From Candidatus Omnitrophota bacterium (GTDB lineage Bacteria > Omnitrophota > Gorgyraeia > Gygaellales > Profunditerraquicolaceae), in NCBI GenBank assembly GCA_003598025.1, contig QZKH01000009.1, positions 64,896 to 128,895 of the forward strand: a stretch of DNA of 64,000 bases. The letters are read 5' to 3'. Below are positions 18,444-27,939 of this stretch, piece by piece; within the stretch, counting starts at the first letter, position 1, and every line of letters starts with the position of its first letter. The notes below the pieces were generated by a model, which worked only from the letters and a program-made list of their open reading frames with translations, ran no database searches and was not told the origin of the DNA. Position numbers and translations under genes: made by a program.

Positions 18444-19193
18444 ATGCGGAAAGGGTATTTTTATATAGCAAATCAAACCCGCAGCGGAAAGCGCATAGGG
18501 TTGGTTTTTATCCTTAATATTGGGAATGGGAAGCTTCTAAAGCTCTCTACTTTAAAATATATTTGTAATGATAACAGCATTCTCATTATTTTTACGCCTG
18601 TATCAAATAGCGAATCCGGTATTTTAACAAAACATTTGAAACGGAGCAGTATTTTTCATAGAACATTTGACAGCCGAATTTGTAAATTACTCGGGGAGAT
18701 TATTTCCGGCATGTTGAAGCCGGATATCGGCGCAGATCTTGTTATTAGAGAGCTTACCGAAAGGCAAAATAAGGACTATAAATATTTTGAATACAAATGC
18801 TATGATAAAATATATATACCCGGCACGATTCCAATGAAACGGAGTAATGAAATTGAAGTAAACAACCACAAAATAAAACTCGGAGACTCTATGTTTAAAT
18901 TATTCCTGCGCCTTGTGCTAGAATTAAAAAAGAAAAAGGAGGGTTGGGTTCATAGGCATAGCCTGGGTTCAGACAATATCATTATGGATGTCGAAAAATT
19001 CCAGATTTACAGCAATCTTAGGACGGCTTTGCAAGGAAGTCTATTAGATAAGGACGGCCAGAAGTTTATAGAGAACAACGGCTCAAAGCAGTACCGGATA
19101 TCGCTCCACCCAGATTTTATTACCTACGACAGAGAAAAACTCCTCAAGCACCCCGATAGCAGTATTCAGAAGCTCGCTAAAAAACTAACCTAA
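18444..19193 (+). CDS. Hypothetical protein with C-terminal winged-helix-like region; possibly a 5'-degraded remnant
   Basis: C-terminal LRTAL...FIENNGSKQYRI; weak start context. Confidence 0.5.
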   Translation: MRKGYFYIANQTRSGKRIGLVFILNIGNGKLLKLSTLKYICNDNSILIIFTPVSNSESGILTKHLKRSSIFHRTFDSRICKLLGEIISGMLKPDIGADLVIRELTERQNKDYKYFEYKCYDKIYIPGTIPMKRSNEIEVNNHKIKLGDSMFKLFLRLVLELKKKKEGWVHRHSLGSDNIIMDVEKFQIYSNLRTALQGSLLDKDGQKFIENNGSKQYRISLHPDFITYDREKLLKHPDSSIQKLAKKLT

Positions 19194-19299
19194 CTATAAT
19201 CCGGCGCATTAATCTTGATTGCTAATAAGAAAAATTCTTGGTATTATCTAAAGTGTAATAATGTTAAATCATTTGTGTTAGGAGATTCGCATATGCCTA

Positions 19300-19453
19300 A
19301 GAGTTACCTAAAAAATTTCTTATTGTGCTTATTTCTCGTGAAGGCAAGTTTATGATACCGTCAGGCAATACCGTTGTTATAGAAGGTAGAGATGTTTTGC
19401 TGGTGCTTGCAAATATGGCAGATCTTTCTATTTTTCAGCAAACCGTAGCATAG
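19300..19453 (+). pseudogene. Remnant 3' end of a second cvrA copy
   Basis: LIVLISREGKFMIP...IEGRDVLLVLAN...A* aligns with 7820-7967. Confidence 0.75.
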
Positions 19454-19474
19454 CTTAAAAGGGATCAAGAGTAG

Positions 19475-20746
19475 ATGTCGAAATTCTCTGAGGTTTTAAA
19501 ATCCCGTAATTTTTTCTGCCTCTGGCTGGGGCAGATCATCTCGCAACTTGGGGACAGGCTTTCACAGATGGCCTTGATTGCCTTTGTTTATTCAAGGGCG
19601 CCGGGTTCAGCTTATGAAATCGCCAAGATACTGTCATTTACAATAATCCCTGTATTTTTAATCGGTCCGATTGCCGGTGTTTATGTAGATAGATGGGATA
19701 GGCGTAAAACCATGTATGCATGCGAATTCCTGCAAATGATTTTAATTTTCACTATACCTTCCTTTCTATTTTATACCAAAAATATGATTCCTATTTATAT
19801 CATCGTTTTTATATCATTCTGTATCGGCAGGTTTTTTGTGCCGGCAAAACTGGCGATTATCCCTGAGTTAGTTGAGCCCAGGAATTTGCTGATGGCAAAT
19901 TCCTTAGTGAATATTACCGGTATGATCGCCACTATCGCCGGTTTTGGTATCAGCGGTATCTTGGTAGAGGTGGCTGGCCCCAAAAAAGGTTTTTACATGG
20001 ATTCTTTAAGTTCTTTAATTTCTGGCACATTTATATTTTTTATTTCCAGCAAAACTGCTGTTTCCTTAAAACATCCGGCGTTTAAAGATGTAATTTTAGT
20101 AAGCCGGGATATCGTGCAGAAGATCAGAAAGTCTATTTGGCTTGAGATCAAGGAAGGTATAATTTACTTTTTACGCCATAAAAATATTCGTTTCATCGCC
20201 GCAGTGATGTTTCTGGTATTCTCTGCCCTGGGTTCGGTGTATGTGGTTTTGATTATCTTTGTGCAGCAGGTTTTACAATCCGCGACCAAAGACGTAGGGT
20301 TATTAATTATGTTTTTGGGTGCCGGGCTTTTTGCGGGCTCTATGCTTTACGGCAAGTTTGGCAGCCGGGTTTCCGAATATAAGGCGATATTTTCCGCCTT
20401 AATTTTAAGCGGTATGGTGTTGATTGTATTTGCCGTAACGCTAAAGAATTACCCTAAATTCTATATGGCGGCATTTTTATCTTTTATCTTCGGCATATTT
20501 GTTTCGCCGATTCTATCTGCCTGTAATACCATTATACATAATGTCAGCAGCAATGAAATGATGGGCAAAGTTTTCAGTTCCCTTGAGATGGTAATGCATC
20601 TCGGGTTTCTTATATTTATGTTTATTAGCAGCATCTTAAGCGCAAAATACGGTCCTTTCATCATGCTTGTGGTTGTGGGAAGCGTAATAATTCTTTTAGG
20701 GGCAATCAATCTTATTTATCAGCGCAGGGCTTCTTGGCTGAATTAG
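19475..20746 (+). CDS. MFS transporter
   Basis: LWLGQIISQLGD, GVYVDRWDRRK, about 12 TM. Confidence 0.9.
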   Translation: MSKFSEVLKSRNFFCLWLGQIISQLGDRLSQMALIAFVYSRAPGSAYEIAKILSFTIIPVFLIGPIAGVYVDRWDRRKTMYACEFLQMILIFTIPSFLFYTKNMIPIYIIVFISFCIGRFFVPAKLAIIPELVEPRNLLMANSLVNITGMIATIAGFGISGILVEVAGPKKGFYMDSLSSLISGTFIFFISSKTAVSLKHPAFKDVILVSRDIVQKIRKSIWLEIKEGIIYFLRHKNIRFIAAVMFLVFSALGSVYVVLIIFVQQVLQSATKDVGLLIMFLGAGLFAGSMLYGKFGSRVSEYKAIFSALILSGMVLIVFAVTLKNYPKFYMAAFLSFIFGIFVSPILSACNTIIHNVSSNEMMGKVFSSLEMVMHLGFLIFMFISSILSAKYGPFIMLVVVGSVIILLGAINLIYQRRASWLN

Positions 20747-20867
20747 TCTAAGTATTTTTCTTATTATTGGTGCTGGCCCTTGGTCGATTGACGCAGATAT
20801 AATAGCCGCCCATATAATTTTTTTAATTCAACGGACGGCGTAACAAGGAATGGGAGGGGTGTTTAGC

Positions 20868-21005
20868 ATGACTGGTAATTTATATCAGGATTGGCCTGTA
20901 TATGTATTGCTAGGAGGAGCAGTAGTATGGATTATTTGGTTAATTATCAAAAGTAATTTAGCAGACAAAAAGGATGACTCTTCAACGAAAAAAGACAATA
21001 AATAG
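20868..21005 (+). CDS. 45-aa single-TM protein
   Basis: GGAGG RBS; MTGNLYQDWPVYVLLGGAVVWIIWLIIK followed by a charged tail. Confidence 0.55.
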   Translation: MTGNLYQDWPVYVLLGGAVVWIIWLIIKSNLADKKDDSSTKKDNK

Positions 21006-21009
21006 TTCA

Positions 21010-22257
21010 ATGGCACTTATGACTTTTAATTCTCCAACCGCAGCAAGAAGGAGAGCCTTAAATATTATTATTCTTTTTGGTTTGGTCAGCCTTTTTGGTG
21101 ATATTGCTTATGAGGGGGCGCGTAGCGTCAACGGTCCTTATCTAAAACTGCTTGCGGTAAACGCTGTTACCCTAGGGGTGATAACCGGGATAGGAGAGTT
21201 TCTGGGATATACCTTGCGTTTACTTTCAGGGTATGTTTCGGACAAGACAAAATCGTACTGGCTTCTGACTATTGTTGGATATGGTTTGTTGGTGAGTGTG
21301 CCGTTGCTTTCTCTGGCTGGCATATGGCAGATTGCTGCGCTGTTTATAATTTTAGAAAGAATAGGCAAGGCCATCCGCAGCCCCGCAAGGGATACCATAC
21401 TTTCGCAGGCAAGCTCACAGGTTGGCACCGGATTTGGGTTTGGCCTGCATGAAGCGATGGATCAGATTGGCGCGGTTGCCGGGCCTTTGATTTTTACGGT
21501 CTTTTTTATGCTGATAGGCAAAGAGCAGATAGGAATTGTCGCTTATCAGAAAGGGTATGCCTTTCTTTGGATTCCTTTTTTACTGGTCATGTTTTGCCTG
21601 TTTGTTTCTTACCGGGAGGTCCCTCATCCAGCTGCTTTGGAGGCCGCGGGGAAAAAAGCAAAAATTCTAGATAGACTCTCCAAAGTTTTTTGGCTGTATA
21701 CGCTGTTTACTTTTGTTACGACGTTGGGTTTCTGCTCTTTTTTACTGCTTGCTTTTCATTTTAAGTCTTCTAATATTCTCCCTGACGCGCAGATTCCTTT
21801 GTATTATTCAATAGCGATGGGCATTGATGCCGTAGCTGCTTTATCGGTCGGTAAACTATACGATGTAATGAAAACCCGCAAGAATAACCACAATGCTGGA
21901 TTAGATTTATTGGTTATCATTCCAATTATGACGCTTTTGATGTCGCTATTCGTATTCTCCCAACGCCATATCCTTGTTATTATCGGAGTGCTTTGTTGGG
22001 GGATAGTAATGGGCGTTCACGAGACAATTATGCGCTCGGCGATTGCAGATATTACCTCTCTAAACAAGCGAGGAACAGGTTACGGCATTTTTAACACCAC
22101 ATATGGTCTGGCAGTTTTTTTGGGGAGTGTCTTATTGGGATTTTTGTATGATCGTTCGATAGCATTCGTTATCACGGCAGTTATTTTTGTGGAGTGCCTG
22201 GCCTTAGCGGCTTTCTTTTATCTGAAACAAGAAACCTCAAAGGAGATAACGGCATAG
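21010..22257 (+). CDS. MFS transporter
   Basis: GLVSLFGDIAYEGARS, ERIGKAIRSPARD, HEAMDQIGA; start uncertain. Confidence 0.9.
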   Translation: MALMTFNSPTAARRRALNIIILFGLVSLFGDIAYEGARSVNGPYLKLLAVNAVTLGVITGIGEFLGYTLRLLSGYVSDKTKSYWLLTIVGYGLLVSVPLLSLAGIWQIAALFIILERIGKAIRSPARDTILSQASSQVGTGFGFGLHEAMDQIGAVAGPLIFTVFFMLIGKEQIGIVAYQKGYAFLWIPFLLVMFCLFVSYREVPHPAALEAAGKKAKILDRLSKVFWLYTLFTFVTTLGFCSFLLLAFHFKSSNILPDAQIPLYYSIAMGIDAVAALSVGKLYDVMKTRKNNHNAGLDLLVIIPIMTLLMSLFVFSQRHILVIIGVLCWGIVMGVHETIMRSAIADITSLNKRGTGYGIFNTTYGLAVFLGSVLLGFLYDRSIAFVITAVIFVECLALAAFFYLKQETSKEITA

Positions 22258-22291
22258 CGCATGCATAGACAAGAATTACCGAAATGCTGGT

Positions 22292-22380
22292 TTATGCTTT
22301 TGGCAATAGGTATTCAATTATCTCCCGGCGTTCTTGGATGGGTTTTAGGTGTGAATATTTAAAAGTTCTCTGCCGGTGAA
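22292..22380 (-). pseudogene. Frameshifted remnant of a third recombinase C-terminal end
   Basis: FTGRELLNI../LKPIQERREIIEYLLPKA*; DNA aligns with 23461-23519. Confidence 0.8.
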
Positions 22381-22396
22381 ACAAATCAAAATTGTG

Positions 22397-22449
22397 TTGA
22401 CTTTATCTAATTGTCTAATATAATAAACAATTGTCTAATACATTAGACA
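22397..22449 (+). promoter_or_regulatory. Promoter/operator of MNT-HEPN pair 1
   Basis: TTGACT and TATAAT; AATTGTCTAATA twice; palindrome TGTCTAAT-AC-ATTAGACA. Confidence 0.7.
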
Positions 22450-22458
22450 GGAGAGAAG

Positions 22459-23013
22459 ATGGGGAAAAGAAATAATAAGGTAATAGATATATTCGGCGCG
22501 ACTAATTCCCTTAAGGTGCTTTCGTATCTTGCCCAGGACCCGAGTAAGGAATTCTTAGCCAGCGAAATTCAGAAGACTACCCTTGCCAGCAGAGCAGGGG
22601 TGTATTTCGCTTTAAAAGAGCTTATGCGGCAGGGTCTGGTTTCGCAAGAGAGAAGAGGCAAGGTTATCTTTTACCGCATTGTCTATGATGACGCAGCTAT
22701 AAAGCAGTTTAAGATATTGAAGAATGTGTTTTCCTTACGCCCTATCGTAGCCAAGCTTAAACCTTTCTCGCGTAAGATTGTGCTTTACGGCAGCTATAGC
22801 CGCGGTGAGAATGATCCTGCCAGCGACATAGACCTTTTTATACTCTCAAAGGATCCAGAGGCAACAAAAGACGCCCTTTCTTCCCTTAAAACTAAGCAAA
22901 AACTCCAGACTGTAATTAAGACTGCAACTGAAATGGCCAGCTTTAAAGAAAGCGAAAAAGTCTTCATGCAGGAAGTAGAACGTGGCATAGTGCTCTGGGA
23001 GGAGAAGGGATGA
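22459..23013 (+). CDS. HTH plus minimal nucleotidyltransferase (MNT antitoxin-like)
   Basis: N-terminal wHTH; LYGSYSRG...SDIDL. Confidence 0.88.
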   Translation: MGKRNNKVIDIFGATNSLKVLSYLAQDPSKEFLASEIQKTTLASRAGVYFALKELMRQGLVSQERRGKVIFYRIVYDDAAIKQFKILKNVFSLRPIVAKLKPFSRKIVLYGSYSRGENDPASDIDLFILSKDPEATKDALSSLKTKQKLQTVIKTATEMASFKESEKVFMQEVERGIVLWEEKG

Positions 23014-23444
23014 CCATAGAATATGATGATTGCCTAAAGAGAGGCAAGATTAAGCCGTTTTCACGCGGGCCTGCGTTGGCAGCAAAGGAAATAGAAGCAG
23101 CAGAAGCAGACTTAAGTCGGGCGCATAAAACCTACAGCGAAACCGACTATAAATGGGCAACTATTCAGACCTATTATTCGATGTTTCACAGCGCAAGGGC
23201 CTTGTTATACGCCAAAAGCCTGCGGGAACACAGCCATTATTGCCTTGTCGCTGCCATTAAGACTTTGTACGTTGAGACGAAGGTTATCCCGGTATATATC
23301 CTTGAAGGTTTCCAGCAGGCCAAAACTTTAAGGGAAGAGGCTGATTATTATAACCGTTGGTCCCAAGCAGGCTGCGAAAAACTTATAAAGTTGGCCGAAG
23401 AGTTCTTAGGAATAGGTAGGAATACAATTTTACCTAGGCAATAA
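23010..23444 (+). CDS. HEPN domain protein
   Basis: YYSMFHSARALL, SH, REEADY; ATGA overlap with the MNT gene. Confidence 0.88.
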   Translation: MTIEYDDCLKRGKIKPFSRGPALAAKEIEAAEADLSRAHKTYSETDYKWATIQTYYSMFHSARALLYAKSLREHSHYCLVAAIKTLYVETKVIPVYILEGFQQAKTLREEADYYNRWSQAGCEKLIKLAEEFLGIGRNTILPRQ

Positions 23445-25529
23445 TAGCTGGTTTATCATATCCCGGCGTTCTTGAATGGTTTTTAGGCGGGAAATGTTCA
23501 AAAGGCGTCTGCCGGTGAAGATTCTTAATGTCTCTTGATTGCCGCATTGCTTCATATTTTCAACAAATTCCGGAGGTAGCTTGTTGACTATTTTCAACAA
23601 GTGGGCTAATTTAGACTCTGATATATTTAGTTCTCTACAGGTTTTTGCCCAGGTTATTTTGGTCTGGCCGCTGTTAATGAAGGCCTTAATCTTTAGGGCC
23701 TCTACTATGGTGTTTGGGTAGATTCGGGGCTTGCGGACGGGTACCGGCGGCAGAGGATCTACTAAACTAAGCAAAATCCGCTTGCTTCTCCGGATATCCA
23801 TCTTCACAACCAATTGAACCACTTGGGGTTCTGCGGTGCGGCGGAAGACAACATTGGGCAGCCACTCTGGACGAATATTCGAACCACCAGCAGTTGGCAC
23901 CAGTGCCCTACAGTGATCCTGTGGGGCATTGCTGTTTTTAGGGGCATTTCCGGGGTTATTGTGGGTGTTTTCGGGTAGGTGGCAGGCAATCTCTTCGTAA
24001 GGGCTGCCTACATACATGCGGAATTCCACACGGTCATCTAGGACTGTTATGGATTTGATTAATAGCTGCAGCAGGGCTTTCTGGTTTTCCGGAGTGGCCT
24101 TATCAAGGTACTGAATAGCAAATTTAAAGTTAGAGTATAAAAACTCGCTGGAGTTAGCGGTCATTTGAGCGACTTTTCTTTGGGCTTCAAGCTTGGATAA
24201 TTTCTCTTGAAGCGCGAAGATCTCATTATCAAGGGCATCCATCTTGGTTTTGTAAGTGGCGCCTTTTGAGATAGCGCCTTCAATCGCAAGGGAGAGCAGC
24301 TTGTCTGCTTTTTCCCTTGCGATTTTTAGTTTCTCCTCGGCCTGCTTGATTTCTTTCTGCACTTTACCAAGTTTGTCCTTGGCATCAATTGCCGCGTCAC
24401 CCACGGCCTTTACGATAATGTCCTGGTTCTGTGAGGCAACTCTAAAGAAATCAATTACAGCTTGGTCAAGCTGCGTAGCCGGTAGATTAGGGACATCACA
24501 TCCTAATCTTTGTAATGACCGGCTGCAGGCGTAGTAAAAAAACTTCCTGCTCCTGCCATTAGCAAAATAGGATATGTAGTGGCTTCCGCACTTTCCACAC
24601 CGAAGTATCCCATTCAATAAGTAAACATACTCCTTAGGTTTTTTAGTGAAGTAGTGCTTTGGCGTGTTGCCGGTAAGAATTTTATTGGCTTTCTCCCAGA
24701 GGCCGTCGTCAATAAGCGGAGGGTGGTTACCTTTGTGCAGTTCACCGGCGTAGCGGATCATGCCTTTGTAGAAAGGGCTTTTTAGTATGGCAGCAATGCT
24801 TTGCTTGCGCCAGCTTTTTCCTTTGTAGGTTGGGACTTCCAGCTTAACCAATGTATTGCCGATTTCAGTCAACGACTTATTCTCAGCAGCCATTTGCCAG
24901 ATGGCTCTTAACTTCGGGCCTATTTCTTCATTGATTACAACCTTGTGAGGCTGCCTGCCGTTTGGCAGCATGGGTCCGTCATTAATAAGTTTATAACCTA
25001 AAGGAAGCGCTCCGCCAGTCCACTTGCCTTGGCGGGCCCGGGCAATGCAAGAGGCTTTAACGCGTTCACCGGTGAGTTCGCGTTCAAAGGCAGAAAGGAT
25101 CCCGAGTATGCCAATTACTACTCTGCCTATAGCAGTTGAGCTGTCAAGATTCTCGCGTACGGATACAAAAGCAATTTCTTTGGAGTTGAATAGATCAATA
25201 AGCCAGTAGAGGTCGCGGGTATTGCGAGTCAAGCGGTCAAGCCGTAAGAAGATTAAGCCGTCAAAGGATTTCTTGCCGCTATGAATATCGTTAAGCACTG
25301 ACTGTATGCCTGGCCGATTCAAGTCTTTTCCGGAGTAGCCGTCATCATAGACAACACCGGATTTTCCGAAAGCAGCCATCTCATAGCCAAAGGCGTCAAT
25401 CATATTCTTGCAGTGGTGCGCCTGAGCATCAAGAGTGGTATAGTCGCCCTGGGCCTGGTCATCAGTGGAGCAGCGAGTATAGATGATGTAGCGTTTCTTT
25501 TTGTTATCTGGTTTTGCTTTCATAATCAT
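23430..25529 (-). CDS. Large serine recombinase, chimeric full-length form (island 2 N-part 23862-25529 fused to island 1 C-terminal HTH-like part 23430-23861)
   Basis: YTRCS, RLDRLTRN, zinc ribbon, coiled coil; open through WLP at the att core; C-part homologous to 46110-46532; AAGGAG RBS. Confidence 0.92.
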   Translation of the reverse strand: MIMKAKPDNKKKRYIIYTRCSTDDQAQGDYTTLDAQAHHCKNMIDAFGYEMAAFGKSGVVYDDGYSGKDLNRPGIQSVLNDIHSGKKSFDGLIFLRLDRLTRNTRDLYWLIDLFNSKEIAFVSVRENLDSSTAIGRVVIGILGILSAFERELTGERVKASCIARARQGKWTGGALPLGYKLINDGPMLPNGRQPHKVVINEEIGPKLRAIWQMAAENKSLTEIGNTLVKLEVPTYKGKSWRKQSIAAILKSPFYKGMIRYAGELHKGNHPPLIDDGLWEKANKILTGNTPKHYFTKKPKEYVYLLNGILRCGKCGSHYISYFANGRSRKFFYYACSRSLQRLGCDVPNLPATQLDQAVIDFFRVASQNQDIIVKAVGDAAIDAKDKLGKVQKEIKQAEEKLKIAREKADKLLSLAIEGAISKGATYKTKMDALDNEIFALQEKLSKLEAQRKVAQMTANSSEFLYSNFKFAIQYLDKATPENQKALLQLLIKSITVLDDRVEFRMYVGSPYEEIACHLPENTHNNPGNAPKNSNAPQDHCRALVPTAGGSNIRPEWLPNVVFRRTAEPQVVQLVVKMDIRRSKRILLSLVDPLPPVPVRKPRIYPNTIVEALKIKAFINSGQTKITWAKTCRELNISESKLAHLLKIVNKLPPEFVENMKQCGNQETLRIFTGRRLLNISRLKTIQERRDMINQLLLPR
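23856..23864. repeat. Hybrid att junction between islands 1 and 2 (GGGCAGCCA)
   Basis: Identical to the last 9 nt of tRNA-Gln. Confidence 0.85.
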
Positions 25530-25557
25530 AAAAATCACTCCTTTAATCTGCTGGGGT

Positions 25558-25595
25558 TGCCGACACGCGGAAAGTAAATCTTCCGCATGTCGGCA
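25558..25595 (-). promoter_or_regulatory. Hairpin in the recombinase 2 leader
   Basis: 15-bp stem whose only mismatch becomes a G-U pair on the minus-strand RNA. Confidence 0.7.
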
Positions 25596-25637
25596 GCAAA
25601 GCGTTTAAGCTTGAGGCTTTTGTTTTTTGCCTTTGCC

Positions 25638-27113
25638 CCCCAGGGCAACTCTCCGATTGACGCCAAGGCTGACGCTGCTGATGCGACCAGTATCACAGAT
25701 GCGAGTATAGCAGGCTTTGGGAACAATTACTTTGTCGGGGACGTGATCCTGCAGACCAGCGGAACCTATAAAGGCCAAGAGGCAGTGGTCACCGGCTACA
25801 ATAATTCTACAGGGCAGATTTCCGTAGCGTCTTGGCCTTCGGGAACGCCGAGTATTAATGATGAATTTGTTATCAAAGACCGGGCTTATTATAAAGTAAG
25901 GGCAGTAGACACTTACGGTCCCGGGAGTTTCTCATCCGCAGTAACAATAAACTTCACGCCTTTGGCTGAGGCAGAAATAGGCGATACTATAATCTCAGCA
26001 AGAAAGCTTATTGCCGGAGAGCTGATTACCTTATCTGCGCAGATAAAAGACCTTATTGTCACTAATGCCAAGATTTACGATTTAGACGGAAGCAAAATTA
26101 CCGCCCAATCCATAACGCTTTCCAAGCTGGCCAGTGACGCTATTCCGCCCAAAACTTATTATCAGGCCAGCGAGCCGACAAGCGGCATGAATGAAGGGGA
26201 TTACTGGATTGATACGGACGATAATAATAAGCTCTATATTTATCAAAACAGCTCCTGGCAGGTGGTCTCTGAAAGCGGTGGAGGAGGAGGTATCACTGTT
26301 TTTAAGCAGGCCTCTATCCCTACTTCTTTATCCATCGGAGATTTATGGATAGATACCGACGACGGGGATAAATTGTACCGGGCAGCTAGTGTCGGCGCAG
26401 ATCAAATTGTTTCTGGCGAATGGGAATTGGTGAATGTTGCAACAGCCACCGGTTGGGCGCACGGTTCTGATATCACCAAGATTGACGGTGGCAAGATTTA
26501 CACGGATTCCATTACTGCGGACAAGATAAATGTCAACCAACTGGATGCCTTGGCAGTTAATACCGGAAATTTGAATGTAGACGGCTATATAAAAAGTAAT
26601 AATTATGTAGCAGGCACCACGGGCTATAAGCTAAGCGCAAGCACAGGCTTAGAGGTAAATACCGGCGTAATCAAGGGGCAGGTCTTAGAAACCAACGCCA
26701 TCTCAGAAATAATCACCGCAACCGCCACAAATAAGTCAACCGGCAGCACCAGCTATGTGGATTTAATCAGCGCTCAGATTACCACGCCGGATGCCACCAA
26801 GTTATTGATATTATTTCAGGCAGGCGATTTAAGGCTGGATTACCAGGAAGACCAGTCTGACTGGATAGATATCCAGGTTTTGATTAACAGCGTTGAGAAA
26901 ACCGGAGCAAGAGTCGGCGGGCTTTTTGCTGATATTCCCGGAGGCATACTTTTTTACAACCAGAGACTCCCTACGCAGATCCATCACTGGGAAGCGGTCA
27001 ACGCTGGCACATATACAGTACTAGTACGCTGGAAAGTGGGAAGATCAGGCATCACTGCTTATGCAGGGGATAGTTTCGCGGTAAAACTTTCATTGATGCA
27101 AAACAAAAAATAA
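25638..27113 (+). pseudogene. Phage tail tip/fibre-like protein, 5' truncated
   Basis: FN3-like YYKVRAVDTYG, repeated GD(Y/L)WIDTDD..KLY, ITADKIN-type repeats; the 5' end runs into the opposite-strand remnant. Confidence 0.75.
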
Positions 27114-27129
27114 TCTCATGGAGGGCTAA

Positions 27130-27294
27130 ATGCTTGAAGAATTAAAACAGCAGTTGAAACACTTAGAAGTCACAGCCGTGCAGTTGAAGGAATCCCAGGA
27201 AAAGGCAAAAATAGCCTACTGGCAAACCGTGGGCAGGATAGCGCAACTCGAGGAAATTATTGCAATACTGCAGAAGGAGGCTGAAAAGAAATGA
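27130..27294 (+). CDS. 54-aa coiled-coil protein
   Basis: GGAGG RBS, MLEELKQQLKHLE..., ATGA overlap with the next gene. Confidence 0.65.
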   Translation: MLEELKQQLKHLEVTAVQLKESQEKAKIAYWQTVGRIAQLEEIIAILQKEAEKK

Positions 27295-27506
27295 ATGGGG
27301 AAACCAAAATTAAGTTAAAAGCCGGGTTTACCGGCGCAATTATCACCTTGATTCTTACCCTTGCTGGAATTGCCTTTGGCTACGGCCAGTTAAACAACCG
27401 AGTAGAGGCTATGGAAAAAAGAATAAGCTGCATTGAGGAAATCAGGGAGCGCTTGGTCAGGGTTGAGACCTTGGTTGAGCGGATAGACAGGAAAATCGGA
27501 AACTAA
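27291..27506 (+). CDS. Single-TM plus coiled-coil protein (holin/hemolysin-like)
   Basis: TM followed by RVEAMEKRI...RLVRVETLVE. Confidence 0.65.
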   Translation: MNGETKIKLKAGFTGAIITLILTLAGIAFGYGQLNNRVEAMEKRISCIEEIRERLVRVETLVERIDRKIGN

Positions 27507-27521
27507 AGGGAGGTGGATAAT

Positions 27522-27632
27522 ATGAAGGTGTTGATAGCTTTTACACTTGGCAATATCGTCGGAGGACTGGGGATGTTTTTCTATCTGTGGCTGAAAGGTA
27601 AGGTGCAGGATGGTGGAAAACGAAAGATTTAG
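27522..27632 (+). CDS. 36-aa single-TM microprotein
   Basis: Protein identical to 5689-5799, with only synonymous codon changes. Confidence 0.85.
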   Translation: MKVLIAFTLGNIVGGLGMFFYLWLKGKVQDGGKRKI

Positions 27633-27939
27633 CCTGCTTAAATTCGCCGGAAGCTTCTTTCAGTTTTTGCCATGGGTTAAGACCTTGCGCTACGCGGCCG
27701 GTATTGCGCTTATTGGCTTAGTGGGCCTGACGATTTATAGGGCGTTCTTTATGCCTACGAATAAGCAGATTACTCAGATTGTAGCCCAGCCCGGGTCCCA
27801 GGTTACAGTGGTTGAGGAAAAGAAGAAAGAAGCAAAGAAACTTTTTAGGCCCCAGCCCTTTATTGAAGGTTATGGCTTTGTCGAGTCAGATGGAAGAAAT
27901 GGGTTAGGGGGTAGATTAGGAATAAGAATTGAGTTCTAA
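27610..27939 (+). CDS. TM-anchored protein with C-terminal beta-hairpin ending in Phe
   Basis: Paralog of 5777-6109. Confidence 0.8.
   Translation: MVENERFSLLKFAGSFFQFLPWVKTLRYAAGIALIGLVGLTIYRAFFMPTNKQITQIVAQPGSQVTVVEEKKKEAKKLFRPQPFIEGYGFVESDGRNGLGGRLGIRIEF

Larger units (their letters stand above)
1273..23860. mobile_element. Integrative island 1 (defective prophage-like, serine recombinase)
   Basis: Bounded by GGGCAGCCA at 1268-1276 and 23856-23864; the joined ends give an inverted-repeat attP and an open recombinase frame. Confidence 0.85.

Noticed and set aside
25630-25655. Deletion breakpoints as secondary att sites (GGGCAA resembles GGGCAG)
   Set aside because: Only a 5-nt match, no att-like arms, and nothing similar at the island 1 breakpoint.
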